NCBI GenBank assembly: GCA_963840645.1
Contig: CAWIZL010000002.1
Span: 337,663 to 401,662 of the forward strand
Reading direction: 5' to 3'
Source of the DNA: Candidatus Doudnabacteria bacterium
GTDB lineage: Bacteria; Patescibacteriota; Doudnabacteria; UBA920; VMFF01
Length of the DNA stretch: 64,000 bases
The stretch's first letter is position 1, and each line of letters opens with the position of its first letter. Below, piece after piece: positions 48,044-57,976 of this stretch. Under the pieces are notes generated by a model, which saw only the letters and a list, made by a program, of their open reading frames with translations, ran no database searches and was not told where the DNA came from. A program made the position numbers and the translations under genes.

Positions 48044-48553
48044 ATGAGGCACTGGAAACTCGCCATCTCAGCGCTACTGTTATTCTACTGCCTCTACTAC
48101 CTCCACGGCAGCCTGGTTGCCCCTGACACGAGCTGGCACTTCATTGACGGCGTAGACCTGCTCATACACGAGGCAGGGCACGTTGTCTTCTCTCCATTTG
48201 GGTACTTCATCTACATTCTAGGAGGATCGCTGATGCAGGTTTTGCTCCCAGCAATTTTTGTTGGGTACTTCATCACCAGGCAACAGTTTTACTCAGCGAG
48301 CTTGGTAATGTACTGGGTTGGCATTAACTTCATTAATGTCTCTGTGTACGCTGGCGATGCCATTGCACGGCAACTGCCCCTCATTACCGGTGATCCAGCT
48401 GACCATGACTGGCACCAGCTCTTGTCGATCCTGGGTTGGCTGCCCCACACTGATCTGGTCAGCCACGTTATTCTCTCGTTTGGTTTGATTTCCATTGCCA
48501 CTGCTTTCTGTTGGAGTTTGTACATGTACGTGGCTGAAGAGCCAATGCTGTAG
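48044..48553 (+). CDS. Hypothetical polytopic membrane protein with HExxH motif
   Basis: 169 aa, about 5 TM. LIHEAGHVV suggests a membrane-embedded zinc metallopeptidase-like protein. Confidence 0.5.
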   Translation: MRHWKLAISALLLFYCLYYLHGSLVAPDTSWHFIDGVDLLIHEAGHVVFSPFGYFIYILGGSLMQVLLPAIFVGYFITRQQFYSASLVMYWVGINFINVSVYAGDAIARQLPLITGDPADHDWHQLLSILGWLPHTDLVSHVILSFGLISIATAFCWSLYMYVAEEPML

Positions 48554-48564
48554 TTGAAGTACGT

Positions 48565-48822
48565 ATGTTGAAAAAACATTGGCACACCTACATCTTGCTC
48601 TGTGCTGACGGCACGCTCTACACTGGCATTACCAATGACCTCCAGCGCAGGCTCACCCAGCATTCCACAGGCAAAGGCGCAAAGTACACGCGTTCTCACG
48701 GCGCGCGCCAGCTTGTCTACTCAGAAGCCCACGCAAGCCGCAGCGCAGCATTAACGAGAGAAGCTGCAGTAAAAAAGCTGACGCGCACACAGAAGCAAGC
48801 TCTCATTAGCACCCACACCTAA
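48565..48822 (+). CDS. GIY-YIG nuclease family protein
   Basis: 85 aa. WHTYILLCADGTLYTGITNDLQRRLTQH..GKGAKYTR. Confidence 0.8.
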   Translation: MLKKHWHTYILLCADGTLYTGITNDLQRRLTQHSTGKGAKYTRSHGARQLVYSEAHASRSAALTREAAVKKLTRTQKQALISTHT

Positions 48823-48827
48823 CCACC

Positions 48828-49525
48828 ATGGCAAAGCTCTACGGCCACACAAACAGGCTGTCGCAATCGTTCGCTGCAACGTACGCAGCAATAGTGTTGG
48901 CGTGCATTGTATTCTCCGCCCTTGCGATCATGGGCTACGTAGCCAGCGGCTCGTGGCACGTGCTGCTTGCGCTCATCCCGCTGCTGTTCATTTTGTACCT
49001 GGTCTACAGAAAAGCTGGGCACCGCTTCAGCAACTACCTCCAGGGCATGAAGGGTGAGCGCATTGTCGCCCAAATTTTGGCGCACGAACTACCAGACACG
49101 TTCAGCATTTACAGAGGGGCAATCGTGAACCCTCTGCACGGAGACATTGACCTCACCGTGCTGGCCCGACAGGGCTGTTCGCCGTAGAGGTGAAGAGCCA
49201 CGGTGGCAACGTGTCGTTCAACGGAGTTGAGCTCACCCGCAATGGCCAGCTCTTCAACAAGAATTTTTTGAAGCAGGCAAAGTCTGAAGCTCTCGGCTTG
49301 CAAGACTACCTGGCTAAGAACCTGCACCAGGATATTTACGTAAAGCCTGTGCTAGTTTTTTCATCACCACACGCCCGTCTTCGCGTAAACGGCGGCTCTG
49401 CCCTGGGTATTTTTGTGACCACAGCGCAAGAACTGGCGTACGTTATTGTGTCTCAGCCCCCTTACCAGTTTCCAGTCACAGTGGCATCTATTGGGTCGCA
49501 CCTCGAAGCTCTCTGCAGCCAGTAG
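48828..49525 (+). CDS. NERD domain protein with N-terminal TMs (apparent 1-nt frameshift about 49161-49168)
   Basis: Track ORFs 48828-49187 and 49190-49525. GMKGERIVAQIL..HGDIDLTVLA is followed in the adjacent frame by PTGLFAVEVKSHGGNV. Confidence 0.65.
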
Positions 49526-49549
49526 CTGCTTCCGTGCTATGATGACCCT

Positions 49550-50119
49550 ATGAAAATAAAGTCAGCAGATTTCGTGAAGGGGATCATGGGCGAGGATGAA
49601 ATTCTCGAAGACGGCATTCCACAGGTGGCCTTCATTGGCCGCTCGAACGTTGGCAAGTCCAGCGTCATCAACTCTATCGTGAACCGCCGCGACCTGGCAC
49701 ACTCCAGCTCAACTGCTGGCCGTACGCGCGAGGTGAACTTTTTCCTGGTGAACAAAGCGTTCTACTTGGTTGACCTGCCTGGCTACGGCTACGCAAAAAT
49801 GTCTTTAGAGAACCGCGACACGCTCCGCAAGCTCATCTACTGGTACTTGCTGTACGCGCACGTTGAGCACCGCAAAGTGGTCATCATCATAGATGCCAAG
49901 GTTGGCGTAACAGACTACGACCTCGAAGTCTTGCGCCGCTTAGATGAAGACGGCAAGAACGTTGTTGTTGTCGCAAACAAAGTAGATAAAATTCGAAAGT
50001 CCAGCTACGTTGCCCAAATGGCTGAAATTCAGAAAGCTGTTGGCACCCACAAGGTAATCCCGTACTCTGCAACTGATAAAATCGGGGTGGGGGAGCTGAT
50101 TAACGAGATAAGCGTTTAG
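49550..50119 (+). CDS. engB: Ribosome biogenesis GTP-binding protein YsxC/EngB
   Basis: 189 aa. G1 GRSNVGKSS, G3 DLPGYG, G4 NKVD. Confidence 0.88.
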   Translation: MKIKSADFVKGIMGEDEILEDGIPQVAFIGRSNVGKSSVINSIVNRRDLAHSSSTAGRTREVNFFLVNKAFYLVDLPGYGYAKMSLENRDTLRKLIYWYLLYAHVEHRKVVIIIDAKVGVTDYDLEVLRRLDEDGKNVVVVANKVDKIRKSSYVAQMAEIQKAVGTHKVIPYSATDKIGVGELINEISV

Positions 50120-50274
50120 AATTTTCATTTTAGCCAACAAAACCTGCGAAACTTTTTCCCTCCTGCTGCGTATAACTAGTGTGGGTTACAGAAGCCCCAC
50201 AGAAATCATTAATACTGTGCTGACGTAAAGGATCAGCACGATATATTAACGATTAACGTTACCACCGCAACAAC

Positions 50275-51174
50275 ATGAAATCTAGCAGGAGAATATACAT
50301 TTCTCTCATTCTCGCCGGAGCAGTAGTGCCATTCGTAATGGCGAGCGTTGCCCTTGCGGCAACTGTGCCAAGTTCGTCATATGCTGGCACAAAAATGCAC
50401 ATGGCAGGCAGCGCTAAGTTCACAGGTCAAAAACCTGTAGCATTTGGCAAGGTTACATCTGTGAATGGCAGCACCATCACAGTGTCAGACGCAAAGACCA
50501 GCATTGTGTACACAGTTGATGTCTCCAACGCTAAAATCACAGAAGGTTTTGGCACGGGGGCACAGTCACTCGGCTACACGTCTATAAAGGTTGGGGATGA
50601 AGTTGTCATCATGGGCACCATTTCAGGCAGCTCTGTGACAGCAACATCAGTGTTCGACGGCGTTGAGTCACACGCTCACGCAGCAGCGCCACACGTCATT
50701 GGAACAGTTTCAGGGATTAGCGGTTCGAGCCTCTCTGTCTCTGTCCAAGCGCGTGGCACGTACACGGTGAACACCACGAGCTCGACAACAATCACAAAAG
50801 ATGGCAAGGCTGATACGTTCAGCGACATTGCAGTTGGACAGACGGTCATGGCTGTTGGAACAATTGACACAGCCACCAGTACTGTCACAGCAACCAAGGT
50901 CAACATTGTTACCAGAGTCCCACAGGCACACGTCACGGGAGCCGTGACCGGTATAACCGGCACAACCCTCACAGTGCAGTCTAAGAAGGGCACTGCGTAC
51001 ACAGTTGACGCATCGAGCGCGAGCGTAACAACAGGTTTTGGCAAGAACGCAGCAACAGTGCCACTGGCAAGCATTGCAGTCGGACAGCACGTGATGGTCG
51101 TAGGTAGCCACGTCAGTGGTTCCGCGAACATTGTTGCATCATCGGTGAGAATGGTTCAGCCAAAAAAGGCTTAA
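50275..51174 (+). CDS. Secreted protein with three DUF5666-like repeats
   Basis: Signal peptide, then three ~85-aa repeats of the form G.V..I.G..L.V....G..YTV......T.....G....SDIAVGQ.VMVVG. Confidence 0.6.
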   Translation: MKSSRRIYISLILAGAVVPFVMASVALAATVPSSSYAGTKMHMAGSAKFTGQKPVAFGKVTSVNGSTITVSDAKTSIVYTVDVSNAKITEGFGTGAQSLGYTSIKVGDEVVIMGTISGSSVTATSVFDGVESHAHAAAPHVIGTVSGISGSSLSVSVQARGTYTVNTTSSTTITKDGKADTFSDIAVGQTVMAVGTIDTATSTVTATKVNIVTRVPQAHVTGAVTGITGTTLTVQSKKGTAYTVDASSASVTTGFGKNAATVPLASIAVGQHVMVVGSHVSGSANIVASSVRMVQPKKA

Positions 51175-51228
51175 GCTCTCTCACGTAGCGCAAGGAGGTC
51201 ATCTAGCATTTTGAGAGTCGCGAACTTG

Positions 51229-51275
51229 TCCGACGTAGCCCGCTGTAGCTTTAGCGAAAGCGGGGCGAAGTCGGA
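51229..51275. repeat. GC-rich palindromic motif copy 3 (inverted, with insert)
   Basis: TCCGACGTAGCccgctgtagctttagcgaaagcggGGCGAAGTCGGA, embedded in a longer imperfect palindrome GAGAGTCGCGA...TCGCGGCTCTC. Confidence 0.45.
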
Positions 51276-51312
51276 GCTCGCGGCTCTCGCTAATTCTTGC
51301 TACTATTGGTGC

Positions 51313-51648
51313 ATGGCAACACCAATGCACCACAAGAGCGTACGCAAGCGGATCTACGAGAACCTCGAAGAGTTTCCGAGCAATGATCCATTCAAAAGGT
51401 TTCTCGATGTATTCATTTTTGTGGTTGGCTTTGTTGCGCCAATCATGACAATCCCGCAGCTATTAAACGTGTGGTACTACCACATGACCTCAGGTGTATC
51501 TGTAATTTCGTGGGGAGCGTACGCTGTCTTGGATATTCCGTGGATCGTGTACGGGATTGTGCACAAGGAAAAACCAATTGTATTTGCCTACGTGCTTTGG
51601 TTCATTGCCAACGCTGGCGTTGCCGTGGGTGTTCTGGCAATGAGGTAA
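51313..51648 (+). CDS. PQ-loop/SemiSWEET-like small membrane protein
   Basis: Start at the internal ATG. 111 aa, 3 TM, with a PQ motif in the first helix (APIMTIPQLLNVW). Confidence 0.5.
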   Translation: MATPMHHKSVRKRIYENLEEFPSNDPFKRFLDVFIFVVGFVAPIMTIPQLLNVWYYHMTSGVSVISWGAYAVLDIPWIVYGIVHKEKPIVFAYVLWFIANAGVAVGVLAMR

Positions 51649-51667
51649 TTAAATTCAAGGAGAAAGT

Positions 51668-52371
51668 ATGGACATCAAAGGAAAAGTTATTATCGTTACA
51701 GGCGCATCAGAGGGTATTGGCTACGCGCTGGCAAAGGAGCTTGGCAAGCGTGGCGCAAAGCTCGTACTCGCAGCGCGCTCTGGTGATAAGATAAAAGAGC
51801 TTGCAGGCGAGCTTCCAGATGCAGTGGCTATTGAGACTGACATGGTCAAGCCTGGGGACATCAAGAACCTCATTGGCCAGACAGTTGCAAAGTATGGCCG
51901 CATAGACGTGCTCGTGAACAACGCAGGCCAAGGGATGTATAAACCTGTTGAAGAAGTTGACATTGACCAGTACAGGCAGATCATGGAGCTGAACGTATTT
52001 GCCGTGCTGCGTGCAATGCAGGCAGTGATCCCTATGATGCGCAAGCAGGGCGGCGGCAGCATTCTGAACGTGAGTTCGCGTGTTTCGCAAAACTACTACC
52101 CAGGCTTAGCTGCGTACGCTTCTACAAAGTACGCGCTCAATGCGCTGTCGATGACTGCCCGAGCAGAGCTGAGAAAGACAACATCACGGTGAGCATTTTC
52201 TTGCCGCGCATGACAGCTACGAACTTTGGCAAGAACTCTGTGGCACGTGCTGAAAATTGGACGCCGCGCCCAGGCGCAAACGGCGCTCCAATGCCCGTTG
52301 ACAGTGCAGAGCAAGTTGCAGAGAAAATAGCAGACCAAATAGAGTCTGGCAAAGACCTCGAGGGAATGTAA
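51668..52371 (+). CDS. Short-chain dehydrogenase/reductase (apparent 1-nt frameshift about 52168-52176)
   Basis: TGASEGIG, NNAG and YASTKYAL motifs. ARAEL is followed in the adjacent frame by KDNITVSIFLPRMTATNF. Confidence 0.8.
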
Positions 52372-52403
52372 CACCTCGCGTGTTTCGTGTATAATGTCTG
52401 CAT

Positions 52404-53888
52404 ATGGCAAACAGTAGACTTGACGACATTATCGCCTTCAGAAGGAAGAAGCTCGAGAATTTGCAGCAGGCAGGCATTGACCCGTACCCGAGCAGTACTG
52501 GTCGGACACTTGAGAATGCCGCAGCACTCGAAAATTTTGACGAGCTGGCAAATCCAGAGCACCCAACCCACGTTGTGCTCGTTGGCCGTATAAAGTCACT
52601 GCGCACAATGGGCAAGCTTGCCTTTGCGCACATTGACGATGGCACAGCCCGCATCCAGGTGCTGCTCACCAGCAACGACATTGGCGAAGAAAAATTCAAG
52701 CAGTTTGAGGATAATTTTGACATTGGCGACTTCGCTGAAGTTGGCGGCAACCTTTTCTTGACCAAAACCCAGGAGAAGACCCTCAAGGCATCCACAGTCA
52801 CGATGCTGGCAAAGTCTCTGAGGCCACTGCCAGGTGAGTACTACAGCCTTGCCGATGAGGAGATTCGCCTGCGCAAGCGCTACCTTGAAATTCTCACAGA
52901 GCAAGATACCAGAGACCTGTTCGTGAAAAAGGCAAAGTTCTGGGATGCTAACGCCAAGTTTCTAAAGGATCATGGCTTCTTAGAGATGCACATGCCAGTG
53001 CTCGAGCCAATTCCTGGTGGGGCAGAGGCAGAGCCATTTGTCACGCACCACAATGCGCTCGACCGTGACTTCTACTTAAGAATTTCACTCGAGCTCCCGC
53101 TCAAGAAAATGCTCGTTGCAGGCTACCCAAAAGTGTTTGAGATTGGTCGCATATTCCGCAATGAGGGTATTGACCGCGAGCACCTCCAAGACTACACGCA
53201 GCTCGAGTTCTACTGGGCGTACGCAGACCTGGACCAGCTCATGGTGTTTGTCCGCGAGATGTACCAGTACGTGATCCAGGAAACGTTCGGAACCCTCCAG
53301 CTACCATTCCGCGGCAACACTGTAGACTGGAGCGGGGAGTGGCCTACGCTGGACTACTTCACCTTGTTCCAAGAACACACAGGCATTGACCTGAATACTG
53401 CCAGTGAGGACGACCTGCGAACCTACGCCGCAGCGCATAGAATTTCGCATGAAGATTCTGCTGGCAAAGGTCGCCTCATTGACCTCATCTTCAAGAAGAA
53501 GATTCGCGCGCTGCCAGAAATTTCTATGCAGCCCCACTTCTTGGTGAACCAGCCCATTGAGCTTGAACCTCTGGCAAAGAAGAACCCATCAAACCCGCGC
53601 ACAGTGCAGCGCATGCAAATCCTCGCCTGCGGCTCTGAAATGGGCAAGGGCTTTGGCGAGCTCAATGACCCTGTAGACCAGCTCGCCCGCTTTGAGGTAC
53701 AGGCACTCCTGCGCGAGAACGGCGACAAAGAAGCGCAAATGATGGACACAGATTTCTTAGAGGCAATGGAGTACGGCATGCCACCAGCAGCAGGCTTTGG
53801 GATGAGCGAGCGCAACTTTTCGATTTTTTGCGACAGGCCGCTGCGCGAAACAGTCGTGTTCCCACCAATGAAACAGGAGAACCAGTAG
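52404..53888 (+). CDS. lysS: Lysyl-tRNA synthetase, class II
   Basis: 494 aa. OB-fold N-domain, FRNEGID, and GFGMSERNFSIF motif 3. Confidence 0.95.
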   Translation: MANSRLDDIIAFRRKKLENLQQAGIDPYPSSTGRTLENAAALENFDELANPEHPTHVVLVGRIKSLRTMGKLAFAHIDDGTARIQVLLTSNDIGEEKFKQFEDNFDIGDFAEVGGNLFLTKTQEKTLKASTVTMLAKSLRPLPGEYYSLADEEIRLRKRYLEILTEQDTRDLFVKKAKFWDANAKFLKDHGFLEMHMPVLEPIPGGAEAEPFVTHHNALDRDFYLRISLELPLKKMLVAGYPKVFEIGRIFRNEGIDREHLQDYTQLEFYWAYADLDQLMVFVREMYQYVIQETFGTLQLPFRGNTVDWSGEWPTLDYFTLFQEHTGIDLNTASEDDLRTYAAAHRISHEDSAGKGRLIDLIFKKKIRALPEISMQPHFLVNQPIELEPLAKKNPSNPRTVQRMQILACGSEMGKGFGELNDPVDQLARFEVQALLRENGDKEAQMMDTDFLEAMEYGMPPAAGFGMSERNFSIFCDRPLRETVVFPPMKQENQ

Positions 53889-53889
53889 C

Positions 53890-54654
53890 ATGGCAAAAGC
53901 CATTAAAGCAATCTTCCTGACAGCTCTCATTGCCGTGGCCATTTTTCTCGTTGCCACTGTCGCGCTGCTCCGGTACGAGCCGCAGAACAACGTGACGCTC
54001 AGCATTCGCAGCAGCATGGTTCGCCACCCGCTCCTGCGCACCTTGTTTGGCCTCCATGACGTTGGCGACGCAGCAACTGACTACCTCAGCCCAAAAACCA
54101 CGAGCATTGCTCTCAACATCTACACAATGCCGAGCCAGGGCATAGATGACGAGTGTCATCGGCGAGCTTGCGAGTGCCATTCAGTCTGCAACGGGCAAGC
54201 AGGTTTCAACGAGCATAACAGGCGAGGGCGTTCTGCCTGATGATAACCCAATTTCAGACACACTGCTCAGTACCGTGCTCGGCCAGCTTACAGCACAGCT
54301 GAGTCTACAGTTTCAACCCAAGACCAGGTAAACGTATTCATCCTGAGCTCGTCCACAGAAAATCCTGGCCTGCTGGGCGTAACGTTTCGCGAAGATGGCA
54401 TTGTTTTGTACGATGGGGCAGCACTTGCCCTCACATCGCCAAACCCACAGACGCTCGAATCTTACCAGCTCTCAACGCTCCTGTACGAATTTGGTGAGCA
54501 GATTGGCTTGAAGCCAAACACACAGCAAGGCTGCGTGATGAACAGGGCAGCGTACACTGCCTATGCCCCGTACGTTGATGTGGGCGCTATCCCAGCAAAG
54601 TTTTGCCAGTACGAGCTCAGCGAAATTAATGCTGAAGCTGCCAGCCTGCGCTAG
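53890..54654 (+). CDS. Hypothetical membrane-anchored protein (two apparent frameshifts, about 54141-54152 and 54290-54300)
   Basis: Track ORFs 53890-54240, 54146-54331 and 54406-54654 form one continuous reading if two 1-nt shifts are allowed. N-terminal TM. Confidence 0.4.
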
Positions 54655-54666
54655 GAAAAAATACCA

Positions 54667-54900
54667 ATGACTTTCATTCTCGGCAATGACCTCGTGTGGT
54701 GGACCGGCATTCTGGCTGGCGTTGTGTTCCTATCTCTGCTCACCACGGCAGCCATCAAGCAGTACAACTGGAAAATTTTCATGCGATGGCAGGTGAAGGT
54801 GACGCCCCTGCACCACTGGCTCGGCTGGATTCTCATGGGCATGCTGTCGATTCACGTCCTGCTCGCCATTCTCGCCTTTAACTTCAACGTCCATTTTTAG
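54667..54900 (+). CDS. Small membrane protein with conserved His pairs
   Basis: 77 aa, 2 TM. PLHHWLGWILMGMLSIHVLLA is reminiscent of heme-ligating helices in ferric-reductase-type domains. Confidence 0.4.
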   Translation: MTFILGNDLVWWTGILAGVVFLSLLTTAAIKQYNWKIFMRWQVKVTPLHHWLGWILMGMLSIHVLLAILAFNFNVHF

Positions 54901-54922
54901 CCTACGCCAACCATCAACGTGG

Positions 54923-55595
54923 ATGCGCATTGCGCAGTCAGAGCAAATCGGCACTCACGTCCAGCGCGTGGTGCTTTCGTTTGAGCCAGCATCAGGCTTA
55001 CAGTTTCCAATTGGGCTCCCACATCCAGGCAATGACGTGGGGGTGCATTCCACGCTGCTACTCTGTTGCAGAAGCATCAGAATCATCCATTGCGATCACG
55101 GTCAGCTTCAGCGGCATGGGGGCTGGTGCGCGCTTCTTTGCAACCTCGCCAGTTGGGACAAAGGTTGAGGTCTTTGGTCACTTCGACGACTACCAGTACC
55201 ATCCTGGCACTGGACGCTCAAAGGTCTTCATTGCAGCAGGCACGGGCGTTGCGCCTTTTGTGAGCATGGTTCCAGCAGCTGCCGCAGAGGGTGTGCCAGT
55301 GCTCCTGGTTCTTGGCGTGAGGACTGAGCCGGACGTACTCTACAGGCAGTACTTTGAAAAAATTGCGGCCACGTCGAAGAATTTTAAGCACGTGTTCACG
55401 CTATCGCAGCCTGCGCCGTCGTGGCACGGCGCGCGCGGCTACGTCACATCCCATTTGAACAGCGACACTGTTCCACTGCTGTCTGCGAGCGACGTGTACG
55501 TGTGCGGCATTCCAGAAATGGTCTCAGGCACTGTGAGCGAAGTTCAGAGCCTTGGCACACCTGCGTCCCAAATTTTTGCCGAGAAGTACGGCTAG
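54923..55595 (+). CDS. FNR-like oxidoreductase, FAD/NAD(P)-binding (apparent frameshift about 54995-55012)
   Basis: RCYSV (RxYS FAD motif), VFIAAGTGVAPFVSM and VYVCGIPEMV. The N-terminus lies in the frame starting at ATG 54923. Confidence 0.65.
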
Positions 55596-55700
55596 GAACA
55601 GTAGTCGATAGTTAGTGTGCAGTAGCTAGAACCGTAAAGCTTACCAATCAAAAGAAAAGTTTCCCTGATCCTTCTATTAACTACCAACTAGTAACTATTC
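55596..55700. repeat. ~105-bp intergenic repeat, copy B
   Basis: It starts right after the stop TAG with GAACAG, then AGTTAGT..AGTAGCTA..TTACCAAT..GATCC..CTATTAACTA..ACTAGTAACTA. Confidence 0.6.
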
Positions 55701-55705
55701 CATCC

Positions 55706-55834
55706 ATGGCTAAATTTTTCAAATGGTTCCTCGTACTCTTCTTCATTGCCCTGTGGCTCACTATTTTAGTAGTCGGAATTTACCGTGCTCACCATCCGCC
55801 GACGTACAGCATGGTATACTACCCAGTACACTAA
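55706..55834 (+). CDS. Possible 42-aa single-TM peptide
   Basis: MAKFFKWFLVLFFIALWLTILVVGIYRAHHPPTYSMVYYPVH. It lies below the track cutoff and has no clear RBS. Confidence 0.3.
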   Translation: MAKFFKWFLVLFFIALWLTILVVGIYRAHHPPTYSMVYYPVH

Positions 55835-55847
55835 CCAAGGAGACCCT

Positions 55848-56230
55848 ATGCGCAAGACAGTCCAGGAGGTTTTCAATGCAATTCAGGAAAAGAAGAAGAG
55901 CCAGCGCCAGGTAAAAGAAATGTACAAGGATGCCATAGAGGCATCTGGCGAGTACCGCGGCTCATGGAAAAAATCGAGAAGCTCCGTGAGCGCAAAAAGC
56001 AGCTCGAAGCCCAGGCTTGGATTGACGTAGGCACAAAGGATACGTACGAGACCACAAAGCTCGACATACAGTCTGACAGGGAAATGCTCAATGACCTGGC
56101 GCTCTCGCAGCTCATGAGCGGTGAGACAGTAACAGTTGTGGACGAGGACAACCGCGCGTATGAACCGCGCTTCACCGTCAGCTTCAAGAAGGCGAACGTG
56201 GTTGAGCGTCCAGCAGGGCAAAGCTCGTAA
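55848..56230 (+). CDS. Hypothetical coiled-coil protein (apparent frameshift about 55955-55963)
   Basis: ATG 6 nt after AAGGAG. Track ORFs 55785-56030 and 55964-56230 join around ..ASGEYR/..MEKIEKLRERKKQLEAQ. Confidence 0.4.
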
Positions 56231-56298
56231 ACATTCCAGGGCAGCTGTGCTATATTAATTAGTGCAAGTAAGTCGCAAGTAACTAGAGAGGCAAACCT

Positions 56299-57109
56299 AT
56301 GCAAGAAACTAAGAACGAAAACATCATAGAGGTGAAGAACCTCGTGAAGAAGTTCGATGATTTCACAGCCGTGAAGGACATCAGCTTCAACGTGAAGAAA
56401 GGTGAGATATTTGCGTTCCTCGGGCCGAACGGCGCTGGCAAGAGCACGACCATCAAAATTTTGACCACCGTGCTGCACCCGACGTCTGGCAGCATCATGC
56501 TCAACGGCCACGATGTGCAGCACGACCAGACATCCGTGCGGCGTTCGTTCGGCATTGTGTTCCAAGATCCCAGCCTCGACGACGAGCTGACCGCGTACGA
56601 GAACATGGAGCTGCACGCCAGAATGTACAGCGTGCCGCACGACACCATGGCTGCAGCGCATTCCAGAGCTCATGCAGTTTGTGAGCCTGTGGGATCGCAA
56701 GGATAGCTTTGTCCGCACGTTCTCTGGTGGCATGAAGCGCCGGCTTGAAATTGCCCGCGGCTTGCTCCACCACCCGCACGTGCTGTTCTTAGATGAGCCA
56801 ACCATTGGCCTTGACCCCCAGACGCGCAACCACATGTGGTCGTACATCCAGAACCTCAATGAAAAAGAAGGGATCACGGTCTTCTTCACCACGCACTACA
56901 TGGAAGAGGCAGAGCGCATCGCCCAGCGCATAGCTGTCATTGACCATGGAACGATTGTGGCTACTGGCACGCCAGCTGAGCTGCTGGCACAAACCCAAAC
57001 TGAGAACCTTGAAGACGCTTTCTTAAAATTAACGGGCAGCGCAATCCGCGAAGAAGAGGGCAGCGGCCAAGACGCCATGCGCCGCATGGCCCAGATGAGG
57101 AGAAGGTAA
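56299..57109 (+). CDS. ABC transporter ATP-binding protein, ABC-2/DrrA-like (apparent frameshift about 56645-56655)
   Basis: Walker A GPNGAGKST, signature FSGGMKRRL, Walker B VLFLDEPTIGLD. The two track ORFs 56299-56706 and 56672-57109 join at VPHDT/LQRIPELMQFVSL. Confidence 0.88.
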
Positions 57110-57113
57110 CTTT

Positions 57114-57860
57114 ATGCAGGCAATGTACATTCTCTGGCTCCGCCAGATCAAGCGCCAGTACCGCAACAAGGCGAGAATCTTTGGGTCACTCGGCCAGCCC
57201 ATTCTGTTGCTCGTGGCGCTCGGCTTTGGCCTCGGCGCAATTTTTTCCAAGGCAGGCGAGGGCAACTACATAGAGTTCTTGACGCCAGGTGTTGTGGCTA
57301 TGAGCATCATGTTCACCGCAATGTTCTCTGGCATTGAATTGATTTTTGACCGCCAGTTCGGCTTCCTGAAGGAAACCATGGTTGCCCCAGTTGCGCGCAC
57401 GTACATCATCATGGGGCGCATACTCGGCGGCGCAACCATTGCAGCTGTGCAGGGCGTAATAGTGGTGCTCATTGCCCTGTGCATTGGCTACAGGTTCTCG
57501 AGCGTTGGCGGAGCGTTCCTCTCGCTGGTGTTCATGCTGCTCATTGCAGTTTTGTTCACGGCGCTCGGCAATGCAGTTGGCTCTGTGCTCGACGACATGC
57601 AGAGCTTCCAGCTCATCGTGAACTTCCTCATCCAGCCAATGTTCTTCCTGTCTGGCGCGCTGTTTCCGCTCACCACGGTTCCAGGTGCCATCAAGGTTGT
57701 CTCTGCCATTGATCCACTCTCGTACGGGGTTGACGGCGTTCGAGGCGCACTCTCTGGCGTGCACTACTACGGTTACGGTTTAGACTTTGCCGTGCTCATT
57801 GTGATCTCGGTGATTCTGCTCGCAGGTGGCAGCTACGCGTTCTCGCACACCGAGGCATAG
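57114..57860 (+). CDS. ABC-2 type transporter permease
   Basis: 248 aa, 6 TM, immediately downstream of the ATPase. Confidence 0.85.
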   Translation: MQAMYILWLRQIKRQYRNKARIFGSLGQPILLLVALGFGLGAIFSKAGEGNYIEFLTPGVVAMSIMFTAMFSGIELIFDRQFGFLKETMVAPVARTYIIMGRILGGATIAAVQGVIVVLIALCIGYRFSSVGGAFLSLVFMLLIAVLFTALGNAVGSVLDDMQSFQLIVNFLIQPMFFLSGALFPLTTVPGAIKVVSAIDPLSYGVDGVRGALSGVHYYGYGLDFAVLIVISVILLAGGSYAFSHTEA

Positions 57861-57972
57861 GGAACAGGGCAAGTAGTTAGTATGAGTACAACAGTAGCTA
57901 AACTACGCGTGCCTACCAATAGAAAAAAAGATTTACGGATCCGCCCTACTAACTATTTATACTAACTACTAG
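57861..57972. repeat. ~105-bp intergenic repeat, copy C
   Basis: It starts right after the stop TAG with GGAACAG, then AGTTAGT..AGTAGCTAAAC..CTACCAAT..GGATCC..CTACTAACTA..ACTAACTA. Confidence 0.6.
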
Positions 57973-57976
57973 TTTT

